A stretch of DNA of 64,000 nt from Bacteroidia bacterium (GCA_030431525.1 JAUIJC010000027.1:4132-68131), one strand, 5' to 3'. Shown: positions 20,001 to 29,357, numbered from the stretch's first letter. Numbers and translations are program-made. The notes: generated by a model not told the origin, from the sequence alone.

Positions 20001-20567
20001 CGACATAGTATCTCCCCAAGCCGTTCGGGAACCGATATAACCTTGTTGCTTTAAACGAGCATTGGCACTAAGGTTATGCAAATCATAAGGGAAAATGTAA
20101 TAACGAGGACGAACGCCCGTACCACTCTCAATAGACTCTGTACAATGGTCAATTTCAGTGGCAAAATCTTCTTGACCAGCCTCTGCCCAGCCTTTATCCA
20201 CACACCATTCATTAAATACAGCACAGGTATGCGTATGAGAGTGAGAAATAATCTCATGGCCCCGACCAATCATTTCTTGAGCCTTTGCATAAGGATCGTA
20301 CTGCGTACTTCCAACCCATCGCGGAGACTCACAAGAACTGGTAATTGCACCAAAGGTGAATTTGATTCCTCGGTTACTGGCCATCGTATCAGCGTACTGC
20401 CAAATACCATCCACAACTGGATCACCATAATCGTCATGGATAAGCGTATAAGCTCCCTTGGCGTTATTTTTCCAAGTGGCAATTGAGGCTGAAACTTGCT
20501 GAGCCTTTAGCTGTGTCCCACACAGGGAAAGAACAGCTAACAACAGGGGGGTAAAGACTTTCCTCAT
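17052..20567 (-). CDS. Multidomain T9SS cargo: polysaccharide deacetylase (CE4/NodB-like), Ig-like domain, CBM6-like domain, PKD domain, four ~85-aa Cys-bounded Ig-like repeats and a type-A T9SS sorting domain
   Basis: The signal peptide is followed by YTLIHDDYGD...GHEIISHSHTHT (NodB-like). The CBM6-like region is IEVEDYDKGGEGLAFHE...WLEYTVDIEEDGLYDF...IDYFKV. The PKD region is VTFTANVTGDASSYEWDFGAG...HTVTYSTTGNKTVSLTV. The repeats read P.Y.W.VNG...G..F....L.DGD.V. The C-terminal domain is LTLYPNPASEQLFVEG...GTYFVQMEQAGNIRIEKFVKR. Confidence 0.8.
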   Translation of the reverse strand: MRKVFTPLLLAVLSLCGTQLKAQQVSASIATWKNNAKGAYTLIHDDYGDPVVDGIWQYADTMASNRGIKFTFGAITSSCESPRWVGSTQYDPYAKAQEMIGRGHEIISHSHTHTCAVFNEWCVDKGWAEAGQEDFATEIDHCTESIESGTGVRPRYYIFPYDLHNLSANARLKQQGYIGSRTAWGDTMSFDGYEANDVHNFRPDIDGYFRTSVQVFDNNDANLSDAGQTNVLNSEVDNAIAYNQWANRELHNVGSSGWGHVTVQAYADHLDYVKQKMASGDLWVGTVSEILTYQVQKLHYVPSANYESANGQIVVDWNTPSLNIANYLSPLVVKCPITINVDISNLVALDEITQGGQTITDFTISGNTVSFNVFPHEGVVYLKEPAGVGCPEICIAQQPLDKTLDEGQEFTLSVSAYSDTEANLTYQWYFDGQAISGATSSTFTVDPAEVSHSGEYQVYIAGQTHDIWSDPVEVVVNEVTGPVQEPFFGTPLAIPGQIEVEDYDKGGEGLAFHEINNPWDPATNPYRQEGSAVDIGLDGGIYSVGWIVGGEWLEYTVDIEEDGLYDFVFRTASAYTANPPEISVYLDGSLVIPAFECPQTNSWETYADTEIQGIDLPKGQHVLRLYFNEGDLGIDYFKVSKQFVEPTVDFAADVTTLYNCQGVTFTANVTGDASSYEWDFGAGAIPQSATGIGPHTVTYSTTGNKTVSLTVDGTYSETKSAYVQVSQNPDIVPSLTIAATSQDICQGETVSFSISSEEYVGSAPTYQWKVNGVNQGTGNSFSASDFSNGDEVTCVVTSNEACASTTTTTSNELVIFVNQSLTPSVSINADKTSICANEVVVFTANPSDAGANPGYKWYVNGLLQSGLNGNTFTTSSLADGDEVHVVLSSNSTCVTVNQATSGKKPIAVTPLETPSVAITPTSSSSCEGSQVTFAVASSAHGGNAPSYQWLVNNVAWENGTAFSTSALEDGDVVTVEMTSSLECVTQSKARATEVEVEVIAKGNPSIDIALATGLSFPVCKNTELTFEATAVDEGTSPSFVWRVDGVATGSGTTFSSSSLKDGASVTCQLTVAETCQTVQVTSDAIITDIDICTSVEDELNSESLTLYPNPASEQLFVEGAEGLNVRLLNGLGQELAVSSNGQFDVSNLPAGTYFVQMEQAGNIRIEKFVKR

Positions 20568-20822
20568 TTTATTACATGTCCAATAGGCAGTCGCAATCTA
20601 CACTTACCTTTGGAAAATCCAATTTCAACTTCAAAAATACCACTTTTAACGAGCCCTAAAAACCTTTTCGTCCAAATAGATAAACGATTGATAACCATTC
20701 TTTAACTCTTCCCTATTGCATGGATAAAGAAAGAACCGCAGTTTTGCGCACAGGAAAACCACATCCTCAAGGCGAATAAATCCGTAAACTTTTTTGTGAA
20801 TAAAAAACGAAAAAAGCACCCC

Positions 20823-21140
20823 ATGAGGCAAGACCTACTCATCCACCACTCCACTCAACTACTCGACAAGCATTTTGACCTTGCACTCAGCGAGGAATCA
20901 TTGGCTGAAAGGAAAATCCCAGATCTATCAGCATTGAGGGACGCACTGGCAAAAGTGATTTTTGGTATGCTGGACCGCGAATTCGCACGTCTTCTCAACA
21001 TCATGTACCGCATTGACATCGACGAAAACTCCTTTAAGGAGGCCATCAGTTCCCCCCATCCCGCAGATTCCTTGGCAGATTTAGTGCTGGAAAGAGAACT
21101 CCAGAAGGTTTACACACGAATAAAATATAGTACACCTTAA
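20823..21140 (+). CDS. Hypothetical protein (~105 aa)
   Basis: An ORF with ATG at 23 bp into the listed 20796 ORF. It has no motif I can name, and the coding call rests on length and position only. Confidence 0.45.
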   Translation: MRQDLLIHHSTQLLDKHFDLALSEESLAERKIPDLSALRDALAKVIFGMLDREFARLLNIMYRIDIDENSFKEAISSPHPADSLADLVLERELQKVYTRIKYSTP

Positions 21141-21202
21141 ATGCAGGTAGTCCTTTTCCAGAATCGGGCTAACTTGCATCTCAAACCCGATGTTGGAAAT
21201 TT

Positions 21203-22615
21203 ATGCGCTCAATCCTTTTAACCTGCATTCTCACCCTACTCTACCTTTTTCCCAGCTTTGCCCAAGAGTTCCTCACCCAAAAGGGCAATCAACTTTTTTG
21301 GAACAATCAGCCCCAAGTGCTCAAAAGTGTTGTTTTAACTAAAGACACTTACACCAGCGAGGATTATCAAAAGCTTAAAAGTTTAGGCATAAATACGGTT
21401 TACCTTCCTTTGCCTACCAACAGTAGCATTGAGGACTTCCTTCCTTTTTTGCAAAAACAGCTTGAGTTTGCCAAGACTTTCGAGTTATGGATAATCATCA
21501 GAGATATTTCCATTCCTGAGGCGGCCAATTCCTTATTTGAAAAATTTGCAGATAATCATACGCTGGCTGGTTATGAGTTAATCCCAAACCGTTACCAACA
21601 GCTCAATTTGGACAAGGAACTTAGAAAAATTCGTGCAAAGGACCCAAACCACCTTATCATTGTTCGACTTCCTTCGACGGCACCACTCCTATCTGACCTT
21701 TCCCAAAAAAACGTTGCCCTGTCCATAGACTTTTCTTCTCCTAAGGCTTATACCCAACAGGAAAGCGGGCTTTATACGACCACTTCAAGTGTAAAGTATC
21801 CTTCTAAAAACTTACAGTTCCCTGAGGACCTTACCCCTCTTTCACCTGACACTTCCAACCAAAAACTCCCGTGGGGCACCACGGAATGGAGCTATTTCGA
21901 AGGAAATGCCATGGTTGCCAATGACAGTGCGCTCAGCCTGCGTCCAGTCTTAATCACTAATGAATTGGGACCGGGACGAGCATACCTTGGACCATTCACT
22001 GTCACAGAATACAGCCCAATAGGGAAAGTTACAAGGCAAATCATTTCTGAAAATCCCTATGAATTGGACGGCTGGGAATTGGACAATCCAACTGGAGTAG
22101 GCGCTTTAGAGATGGTGAAATCTCATGGGCTCGCAAACAATAGCGGCTTGCTGGTCCGAAATACAAAGGGAAAAGCCAAAGCCATTAACAACCAACTACG
22201 TTTTGTACCAAGGCCCAACCATCAGTACAGCATTAGCGGCTTTCTAAAAGCCGACGCCCTCCCAAAGGGCTCTGATGTCCGACTTGCTTTGGAAATGGAA
22301 TACAGCCCTTCTAAGGACACCGTAATGAGCTTTGACAAGCAATACTTGGATTACAGGCTGAAACAATGTCAAGCGTTTTCTGAACAGCTTAACAGACCTG
22401 TGATTTTGGAGCTTAGCCTCAGCCCTGCCTGCTTTAAAGGGGGAAGAAATGGAAGAAAGTGGCTAAATGATATGATTGACCTCCTTAATGAGCATCAACT
22501 CAGCTTCAACTACAACAGCTTTGACGGGCAGGAAAATGGATTATTTGGGGGAAAGGTCTCCAACAAAGACCAGAAAAAAATCAGCCAATTCATGGGTCAA
22601 AAACTAATGGAATAG
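21203..22615 (+). CDS. Secreted protein with a divergent GH5-like TIM-barrel N-half (function uncertain)
   Basis: Signal peptide MRSILLTCILTLLYLFPSFAQ. LKSLGINTVYLPL and HTLAGYELIPN resemble GH5 strands, but the canonical NEP acid/base motif is not intact. Confidence 0.5.
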   Translation: MRSILLTCILTLLYLFPSFAQEFLTQKGNQLFWNNQPQVLKSVVLTKDTYTSEDYQKLKSLGINTVYLPLPTNSSIEDFLPFLQKQLEFAKTFELWIIIRDISIPEAANSLFEKFADNHTLAGYELIPNRYQQLNLDKELRKIRAKDPNHLIIVRLPSTAPLLSDLSQKNVALSIDFSSPKAYTQQESGLYTTTSSVKYPSKNLQFPEDLTPLSPDTSNQKLPWGTTEWSYFEGNAMVANDSALSLRPVLITNELGPGRAYLGPFTVTEYSPIGKVTRQIISENPYELDGWELDNPTGVGALEMVKSHGLANNSGLLVRNTKGKAKAINNQLRFVPRPNHQYSISGFLKADALPKGSDVRLALEMEYSPSKDTVMSFDKQYLDYRLKQCQAFSEQLNRPVILELSLSPACFKGGRNGRKWLNDMIDLLNEHQLSFNYNSFDGQENGLFGGKVSNKDQKKISQFMGQKLME

Positions 22616-22646
22616 CACGTTCCAAAACCCACATAGTCAAAAACTA

Positions 22647-22677
22647 AAAAGGTCATTCCAATATGGAATGACCTTTT
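22647..22677. terminator. Bidirectional terminator between convergent genes
   Basis: aaaaggtcattcca-ata-tggaatgacctttt, a 14-bp perfect stem with A- and T-runs on both sides. Confidence 0.85.
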
Positions 22678-22691
22678 CTTTGGTTTAAATC

Positions 22692-22913
22692 TTAATACTC
22701 ATCCTCGTTGAAGAGGAAGTCTTCCTTAGTCGGATAATCCGGCCAAATCTCCTCAATGGTCTCATAAGGTTGACCGTCGTCTTCAAGATCTGACAGGTTT
22801 TCAACAACCTCGTTAGGAGCGCCCGTACGGATTGAGTAGTCAATCAACTCATCCTTGGTGGCTGGCCAAGGGGCATCCTCCAAATATGACGCAAGTTCAA
22901 GTGTCCAATACAT
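22692..22913 (-). CDS. DUF2795-family small acidic protein
   Basis: 73 aa. ...DAPWPATKDELIDYSIRTGAPNEVVENLSDL... matches the DUF2795 signature as I remember it. Confidence 0.7.
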   Translation of the reverse strand: MYWTLELASYLEDAPWPATKDELIDYSIRTGAPNEVVENLSDLEDDGQPYETIEEIWPDYPTKEDFLFNEDEY

Positions 22914-22945
22914 AGCCTTTAATTAGTTTCTACCCTAATAGGGCG

Positions 22946-22953
22946 CAAAAATA
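22946..22953 (-). promoter_or_regulatory. Candidate -7 box (TATTTTTG on the minus strand) upstream of the DUF2795 gene
   Basis: The + strand reads CAAAAATA. It lies 33 nt from the start codon. Confidence 0.4.
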
Positions 22954-23071
22954 ACATTTGATTCTATCTGTACAATAGGTCTTTGTAAAGAAACAAAAAC
23001 CAAGCTCTTTTATTGTAGAGTACGCCCCAGTTACACAATTAGTTCAGGTTTATCCATAAAACCCTTTCCAA

Positions 23072-24334
23072 TTATTCACCGCGAAAGTACTTCAATAAGA
23101 ACTTTTTGGCTTCCAACTTACGTTGCTGGAATCCGAGTCTGTTTCCGAACAAATCTTGTGCCCCACCACCTTTTTGGGTAATGGTCAACTTGGAAATATT
23201 TTCCGCATAACGGCTTACCTCCTCATTATCACGGGAAATCAAGTTGCGAATGGTTTTCACCAAAGCCTCCTTGCGATCCTCTTCAGATTTTTTGTCGAAA
23301 CCAGAAACTTTTGAACGGGTCATGCGCTCGGCAAACTCCCATTCAAAAACAGCATCACACAAAAGGTTAAAGCGGGTTTGGACCTGAGCGATATGCTCCT
23401 TTGCCACAAAACCTGCATTTTTCCACTCCTGTTGCAATTGTTTGGCTTGCTTTACTGCTTCCGCAGGAATAAGCCCCATCAACTTCTCAGCCTCCTCACA
23501 AAGCTCCTGCTTCTTCTTCAAAGCCTCTTCTGCGGATGGGCGATTGCTTCGCTTCTCCTTGAGTTTCTTCTTATAAGTAGAGAAAAACTCATCAGCAACG
23601 CCACGGAATTTTGTCCACAAATCACCAAGCTCTTGGCGTGGCACAGCACCGACTTCCTTCCAATCAGACTGAAGTTCCTTGAAGATGTTCACATCAGCCA
23701 AGTGGTTTCCCTTGGCGAGCAATTCCTCAGCCTTGGTCAACAAATCCTGATACTTGGAAACACGGGCCTCAAACAACTCCTTTTTGGCGCTGTCCTGCGT
23801 CTTACGGCTGGCAAAGTATCCATCGATGAGTTCCTTGAAGTTCCCCTCTATTTCCTCCTCTTTCTCCACGGTAACACGACCAACACGCACCCAACGCTTC
23901 TGAAGCTCTTTCACAAGCTCAAAACGCTCTGGGGTCTCCTCCATTTCCAGAAGCTGATTCAATTCCGCTAACAACACCTCCTTTTGCATCAGGTTGCGCT
24001 CGCGGTTCTGTTCGATGTTCTTCTGGAGATCTTTCTCCACATCGTCCAGCTTGTGGTAGATGGCTTCGAAATCGCCAACTCCTTTGTAGGTTCCCAGCTC
24101 CTCCTTCAGGTGAAGGATTTTCATGAGATAGGAACCCTTGTTTTCCGTCTCGGAAATGGTTTTGAGCAATTCCTCAACTTTCTGCTCGAACAGCTTAAAA
24201 CGCTCTTCAAAATGGGCGATTGTCGCCTCCTCAGTCTCGGTCACCTCGCCAATTTCCCTTTCAGGATAATCCAAGAACGACTTCAAATAAAGCTTGCCGT
24301 CTTGAACGTAGCAGAATTTTACTTCTTGCGTCAT
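23072..24334 (-). CDS. DUF349 repeat protein
   Basis: 420 aa and highly helical, with repeated units LQKRWVRVGRV / LQSDWKEVGAVPR / LQQEWKNAGFV characteristic of DUF349. Confidence 0.75.
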   Translation of the reverse strand: MTQEVKFCYVQDGKLYLKSFLDYPEREIGEVTETEEATIAHFEERFKLFEQKVEELLKTISETENKGSYLMKILHLKEELGTYKGVGDFEAIYHKLDDVEKDLQKNIEQNRERNLMQKEVLLAELNQLLEMEETPERFELVKELQKRWVRVGRVTVEKEEEIEGNFKELIDGYFASRKTQDSAKKELFEARVSKYQDLLTKAEELLAKGNHLADVNIFKELQSDWKEVGAVPRQELGDLWTKFRGVADEFFSTYKKKLKEKRSNRPSAEEALKKKQELCEEAEKLMGLIPAEAVKQAKQLQQEWKNAGFVAKEHIAQVQTRFNLLCDAVFEWEFAERMTRSKVSGFDKKSEEDRKEALVKTIRNLISRDNEEVSRYAENISKLTITQKGGGAQDLFGNRLGFQQRKLEAKKFLLKYFRGE

Positions 24335-24450
24335 CAGTGGTTGATTAGGTACTGGACAGGATGAACTTATCTTGCCAAGTACGAAGAAATTTGTAGTGGA
24401 CAGCGCCCAAAAATTTTAGTCTTTTTCAAGGCCCGTCATTTAACAAGGCG

Positions 24451-24458
24451 CAAAGATA
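24451..24458 (-). promoter_or_regulatory. Candidate -7 box (TATCTTTG) upstream of the DUF349 gene
   Basis: The + strand reads gcgCAAAGATAa. It lies 117 nt from the start. Confidence 0.3.
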
Positions 24459-24532
24459 AACACAGTTCTGTAAAAGGAGCCTCAGCCATGAGATTTATTC
24501 CATTTGGAATAAACTTTAGCTCATTCCGTTCC

Positions 24533-26608
24533 TTAATAACCGCCATTTGCCTTGCGCATAGCCCATTCCATCGTAGCCAACAACAATAGGAAAAAGAAAA
24601 TCCAGCGCAAATGAATTAGCTCCATCCTCGCCTCGGTGGAATGAATTACACCCTGAGGCTTCATGGCCTCAAAACGCTTGTCAAAAGCCTCATAATCATT
24701 TACTGATTCAAAAAAACCTCCTGTTTGCTTAGCCAAAGCACGCAATAAACGGTGATTGGCCGTCAAATCCATTTCCTCAAGATTGGAGGCGGAAATCACA
24801 AAGCTTCCTTTATCCACATATTTTTTCCCTGCAATCGTTGCCGTCGCTACAAAGGTATAAGCCCCTTCCGCCAAGGACTTCAGCTTATAAACATCAGCAC
24901 CCTGAGCAGTAACCATAGAGAACTGCTGGACATTTCCCTTGGCATCCTTGATGGCCACTTTCACCTCAACATTGTAGACAGGCTCAAAAATGTCGTTCAA
25001 GGTTTTCAGGCGGAAACCTACAGGTTGGTAATCCCAAAACTCTTGGGTGGAAGGTTCCGCAATCAAATGGCGCTGGTCGCTTCGAGAGGCTACCAATTGC
25101 AAATATTTGGTCATTAGGCCATCAAAACCACGGGCATCGCCCTTTTCCATAAACTCGAACATCCTCCATCGCCAAAAGCCTTCGCCTACAATGACGCCCA
25201 CTTTTTTCCCACGAATCTCAGAAAAGGCCATCAATGGTTTCTTCGTGGTGACACTGCCCAATTGCTGATAGGCCAACACCTCGGCATTTCCCTTGAGATG
25301 ATAATCGCCAAATGGAACTTTTACGGGCGGAGCCACCTCAAACACTTTCAGCGCCTCCTTATCCATTATAAACTTGTCAAAATTGGCATTGAAGGCAGGC
25401 AACACCTCATCCGTCTGAGAAAGGCGCTGGTCAATCTGCAAAGGCACATCCATTTGCTCTAAGGCGTTCAAATCACTTTGAGAACCTACCATAAAAAGCA
25501 CAGAAGTTTTTCCATTCAAATACTTCTGGACAATCTCCTTTCCTCGACCGCGTGTGGCAGGAAGTTGATGGAAAATGACCAATCCATATTTTTCCTCAGG
25601 CAATTTCTTTGGAGCAGAAAGCAATTGAACCACTAACTCGTATCGGTCAGTGCGCTCAACAATAGAGCGAATCGCCTTGATGTCAGGATGTGGCGCTGGA
25701 GCTACCAATAACACCTGTTCCTTGGACTCCACCACCTTCACATAAGCGCCTCGCTTATTATTTCCTTCGGTCATTTCACCTTCCAATGGCGTCAAAGCCA
25801 CTTCATAGCGGAAAATACCTTTCTCCTTGGCCTCCACCATGAATCGAATCTGCTCCACGCCTCTGGCTCCGTTCAAGACCAAACGATTGTTGGTTAGCAA
25901 CTTGCCATTCTCAAATAGCTTGGCTTCTAATTCCTTACCGCCAAAGCCCACATGACTGACCTCTGCGACAATGGGAAAGGTATTCCCAACGAAGGCCACT
26001 TTGTTGTGTCGTAAGCTTTTGAGGTTGACATCTTTTTGCTCGATGCTATCACCAACTCCCAAGGTGTAAACTGGGTAATTATAGGTAGCAAATGCTGGGG
26101 ACATGCCTTGGTTAAAAATCCCGTCAGAAACCAACACAAGCCCTCCAAGGTTTCGTTGGTCAAAGCTTTCGCCTGTTTCCCTTAAGATGGCAGAAAGGTT
26201 GGAGCTCTGAGATTGAAATGAAAGTGAATCAAAATCTTGAATCGAACCATCCAAGGTTTTCTTTTCTACCGAAAAGCCTTGGTTTTCCAATTTGCTTACA
26301 AAGCTCTCCAACTGGGCACCGAAAGCCCTGACCCTTGCACTGTCTTTCGACAATACCATGGACTCAGAATCATCCACCACAACCACCATGGTTGGCTTCT
26401 CCACTTTGTTTTTGACCTGATTGAAAAACGGCCCCAAAAGGAGGAAACAAATGACAAACACCGCCACAAAGCGCAGTCCTGCCAACAAACCATTCAACAC
26501 CTTGCCCCACGGCCTCTTTGTTTGGTAAAGCAAATACGAATACCCGAGCGCAACCAACAAACAAACGGCAACCAACCAAGGAGAATATTGTAAACTGAGT
26601 TGGGACAT
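24533..26608 (-). CDS. Membrane-anchored von Willebrand factor A (VWA) domain protein
   Basis: Two N-terminal TM helices are followed by the MIDAS-like PTMVVVVDDSESM. There is a C-terminal TM (WIFFFLLLLATMEWAM). Confidence 0.65.
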   Translation of the reverse strand: MSQLSLQYSPWLVAVCLLVALGYSYLLYQTKRPWGKVLNGLLAGLRFVAVFVICFLLLGPFFNQVKNKVEKPTMVVVVDDSESMVLSKDSARVRAFGAQLESFVSKLENQGFSVEKKTLDGSIQDFDSLSFQSQSSNLSAILRETGESFDQRNLGGLVLVSDGIFNQGMSPAFATYNYPVYTLGVGDSIEQKDVNLKSLRHNKVAFVGNTFPIVAEVSHVGFGGKELEAKLFENGKLLTNNRLVLNGARGVEQIRFMVEAKEKGIFRYEVALTPLEGEMTEGNNKRGAYVKVVESKEQVLLVAPAPHPDIKAIRSIVERTDRYELVVQLLSAPKKLPEEKYGLVIFHQLPATRGRGKEIVQKYLNGKTSVLFMVGSQSDLNALEQMDVPLQIDQRLSQTDEVLPAFNANFDKFIMDKEALKVFEVAPPVKVPFGDYHLKGNAEVLAYQQLGSVTTKKPLMAFSEIRGKKVGVIVGEGFWRWRMFEFMEKGDARGFDGLMTKYLQLVASRSDQRHLIAEPSTQEFWDYQPVGFRLKTLNDIFEPVYNVEVKVAIKDAKGNVQQFSMVTAQGADVYKLKSLAEGAYTFVATATIAGKKYVDKGSFVISASNLEEMDLTANHRLLRALAKQTGGFFESVNDYEAFDKRFEAMKPQGVIHSTEARMELIHLRWIFFFLLLLATMEWAMRKANGGY

Positions 26609-26752
26609 TTAGAAGAATCCTAATTGAATTAAAAGTATGCTCCAAGTTATGAAAAATTAGCTCCGTGGATGAGCATCCACAGGGATTTTCGGAATGCACC
26701 TTTGTGACAAAAAAAGGACTGCCCTATTATTCGTTGGACAGCCCTTGATGTT

Positions 26753-26974
26753 TTATGCAGATTTCCTCACTTCCTCCTTCTGATTCCTGTTGTTCCAGAC
26801 CTCATCCGCCTTTTCCTTTCTATTGGGAAGGAGTTTGAAGAGGAACTTTGCGAAGCCATTGGAGAAGGCGTAATTCTTCCCATCAATGGTTTCAAAATGC
26901 TTACAATCTTTCACGCCAAGTTTACCTGTACTCACGGCAAAGGCGCATTGTCCATCGTACTGCAAATTTTCCAT
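26753..26974 (-). CDS. Small YHS-like domain protein (tentative)
   Basis: The start was moved to ATG 26974 (MENLQYDGQCAFAVSTGKLG...IDGKNYAFSNGFAKFLF). The G.CA.A...G / DGK.Y.F pattern is reminiscent of YHS-type domains. Confidence 0.4.
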   Translation of the reverse strand: MENLQYDGQCAFAVSTGKLGVKDCKHFETIDGKNYAFSNGFAKFLFKLLPNRKEKADEVWNNRNQKEEVRKSA

Positions 26975-27054
26975 CAGATTGGATTTAGTTGATAACAATC
27001 AATGGAAGAAACGACGGCAATCAGACTTTGTTTTCAGCACAAAAATACTCCTAC

Positions 27055-27099
27055 CCAAAAACAATAAAGGGGCTGTCCCAAAACTGGAACAGCCCCTTT
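27055..27099 (-). terminator. Intrinsic terminator after fabG
   Basis: aaaggggctgt / acagccccttt stem, with TTATTGTTTTTGG following on the minus strand. Confidence 0.75.
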
Positions 27100-27119
27100 A
27101 AAATGCAATTTATATCAGA

Positions 27120-27866
27120 TTAGGTGAACATACCACCATCTACCTGAAGCACTTGACCAGTGATATACTTGGACATATCTGAACCCAAGAACACACAAGC
27201 GTCAGCGATATCGTTGCCTTCACCCAATGTTTTCATTGGGATTTTAGCTTCGATTTCAGCCTTCACCTTATCGCTCAACTCATCGGTCATATCTGTCTGG
27301 ATGAATCCTGGAGCAATCGCGTTAGAGCGAACACCACGGGAACCAAGCTCGATGGCTACAGACTTTGTGAAGCCGATGATACCAGCCTTAGAAGCGGCAT
27401 AGTTTGCCTGACCAGCATTACCTACAACACCAATCACGGATGACATGTTGATGATAGAACCTGAACGCTGCTTCATCAAGGTGCGCGTAGCCGCCTTCAC
27501 CACGTTGAACACAGACTTCAAGTTCACACGCATGATTTGGTCCCAATCCTCTTCGGACATACGCATCAACAAACCATCACGAGTGATACCCGCATTGTTC
27601 ACGATGATGTCCAATGAGCCGAACTCTTTTACGATGCCATCAACCAACTCTGTGGCAGCAGCAAAATCAGCAGCATCTGAACGGTAACCAACAGCCTTTA
27701 CGCCAAAAGCCTCCAACTCAGCTACCAAAGCCTCGCCTTTCTCAACACTTGACAAATAAGTAAAAGCAACGTTTGCTCCCTGCTCAGCATAACGCAAAGC
27801 GATAGCACGACCAATACCACGGGAAGCACCAGTGACCAAGGCGGTCTTTCCTTCTAAAAGTTTCAT
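27120..27866 (-). CDS. fabG: 3-oxoacyl-[ACP] reductase
   Basis: 248 aa with the SDR motifs TGASRGIGRAIA, NNAG and YAASKAG, and full-length similarity to FabG. Confidence 0.95.
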   Translation of the reverse strand: MKLLEGKTALVTGASRGIGRAIALRYAEQGANVAFTYLSSVEKGEALVAELEAFGVKAVGYRSDAADFAAATELVDGIVKEFGSLDIIVNNAGITRDGLLMRMSEEDWDQIMRVNLKSVFNVVKAATRTLMKQRSGSIINMSSVIGVVGNAGQANYAASKAGIIGFTKSVAIELGSRGVRSNAIAPGFIQTDMTDELSDKVKAEIEAKIPMKTLGEGNDIADACVFLGSDMSKYITGQVLQVDGGMFT

Positions 27867-27878
27867 TGTCTATGATTA

Positions 27879-27961
27879 ATGTATTAAGTACAAAGTATCA
27901 TGTATCATGACCTCAACTGAAATCATATAACATGATACTTAATACTTGATACTTGATACTT
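27879..27961. repeat. Inverted pair of tandem heptamer arrays (unit GATACTT / AAGTATC)
   Basis: The left arm (27879-27906) is ATGTATT AAGTACA AAGTATC ATGTATC. The right arm (27934-27961) is GATACTT AATACTT GATACTT GATACTT. I count 22/28 complementary positions. Confidence 0.85.
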
Positions 27962-29357
27962 AAATGTGAATCACCTCGTCGTAGGCGGCAGCCGCAGCTT
28001 CCATGATTGCCTCAGACATCGTTGGGTGCGGGTGAACAGACTTCACAATCTCGTGGCCTGTAGTCTCCAAGTTACGAGCAACAACCGCTTCAGCAATCAT
28101 CTCAGTAACGTTGGCACCAATCATGTGACAACCCAACCACTCGCCATACTTAGCGTCGAAGATTACTTTAATGAAGCCGTCTTTTGCACCAGCGGCGCTA
28201 GCCTTACCAGATGCCGAGAATGGGAATTTACCCACCTTAAGCTCATAACCTGCTTCCTTCGCCTGCTTCTCAGTCATACCAACAGAAGCAATCTCAGGAG
28301 AACAGTAAGTACATCCAGGGATGTTGTCGTAGTTCAATGGCTGTGGGTTCTCACCAGCGATTTTCTCAACGCAGATGATGCCCTCAGCAGAAGCAACGTG
28401 TGCCAAAGCAGGACCATGAACGATATCACCGATAGCGTAAACGCCAGGGATGTTTGTTTTGTAATAATCGTCAACAACTACTTGACCCCTATCAGTAGCA
28501 ATACCTACATCCTCAAGACCGATGCCTTCGATGTTAGTAGTAACACCAACAGCAGAAAGAACAACGTCACACTCGAGTGTCTCCTCGCCTTTCTTAGTCT
28601 TCACGGTCACAACATTCTTCTTGCCTGAAGTGTCAACTGACTCAACAGCAGAATTTGTCATCACCTTGATACCAGACTTTTTGAAGGATTTCTCCAAAGC
28701 CTTGGACACGTCCTCGTCCTCGTTAGGAACGATGTTCGGCAAGTACTCCACCACGGTCACCTTCGTACCGATGGCATTGTAGAAGTAAGCGAACTCAACA
28801 CCGATGGCACCAGAACCAACGATTACCATAGACTCAGGCTTCTTGTCAAGCACCAAAGCCTCGCGGTAACCAATGATTTTCTTGCCATCCTGAGGCAAGT
28901 TTGGCAACTCACGGGAACGACCGCCTGTAGCTAAAATGATGTGATCTGCTTTATATTCAGTCGTAGTTCCAGCCTCGTCTGTAACGTGAAGCTTTTTGGA
29001 GCCAGCAACCTTACCGAAGCCTTTGATATGGTCAACCTTGTTCTTTTTCAACAAGAACTGGATGCCTTTGCTCATGCCATCAGCAACACCACGGCTACGC
29101 TTCACCATGGCGTCGATATCAGCCTCTGGCTTTTGGGCCAATGTGATGCCGTAGTCCTCGGCATGTTGCATGTACTCGAATACCTGCGCACTTTTCAAAA
29201 GGGCCTTGGTTGGGATACAACCCCAGTTGAGGCAAATGCCACCAAGCTCAGCCTTTTCAACGACAGCCGTTTTCAATCCAAGTTGGGATGCACGGATTGC
29301 AGCCACATATCCGCCAGGTCCAGACCCAACGACAATGACGTCATACTTTGAAGCCAT
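27960..29357 (-). CDS. lpdA: Dihydrolipoyl dehydrogenase (E3)
   Basis: 465 aa with VVGSGPGGYVAA, the redox disulfide GGICLNWGCIPTK and the C-terminal HPHPTMSE motif. Confidence 0.95.
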   Translation of the reverse strand: MASKYDVIVVGSGPGGYVAAIRASQLGLKTAVVEKAELGGICLNWGCIPTKALLKSAQVFEYMQHAEDYGITLAQKPEADIDAMVKRSRGVADGMSKGIQFLLKKNKVDHIKGFGKVAGSKKLHVTDEAGTTTEYKADHIILATGGRSRELPNLPQDGKKIIGYREALVLDKKPESMVIVGSGAIGVEFAYFYNAIGTKVTVVEYLPNIVPNEDEDVSKALEKSFKKSGIKVMTNSAVESVDTSGKKNVVTVKTKKGEETLECDVVLSAVGVTTNIEGIGLEDVGIATDRGQVVVDDYYKTNIPGVYAIGDIVHGPALAHVASAEGIICVEKIAGENPQPLNYDNIPGCTYCSPEIASVGMTEKQAKEAGYELKVGKFPFSASGKASAAGAKDGFIKVIFDAKYGEWLGCHMIGANVTEMIAEAVVARNLETTGHEIVKSVHPHPTMSEAIMEAAAAAYDEVIHI

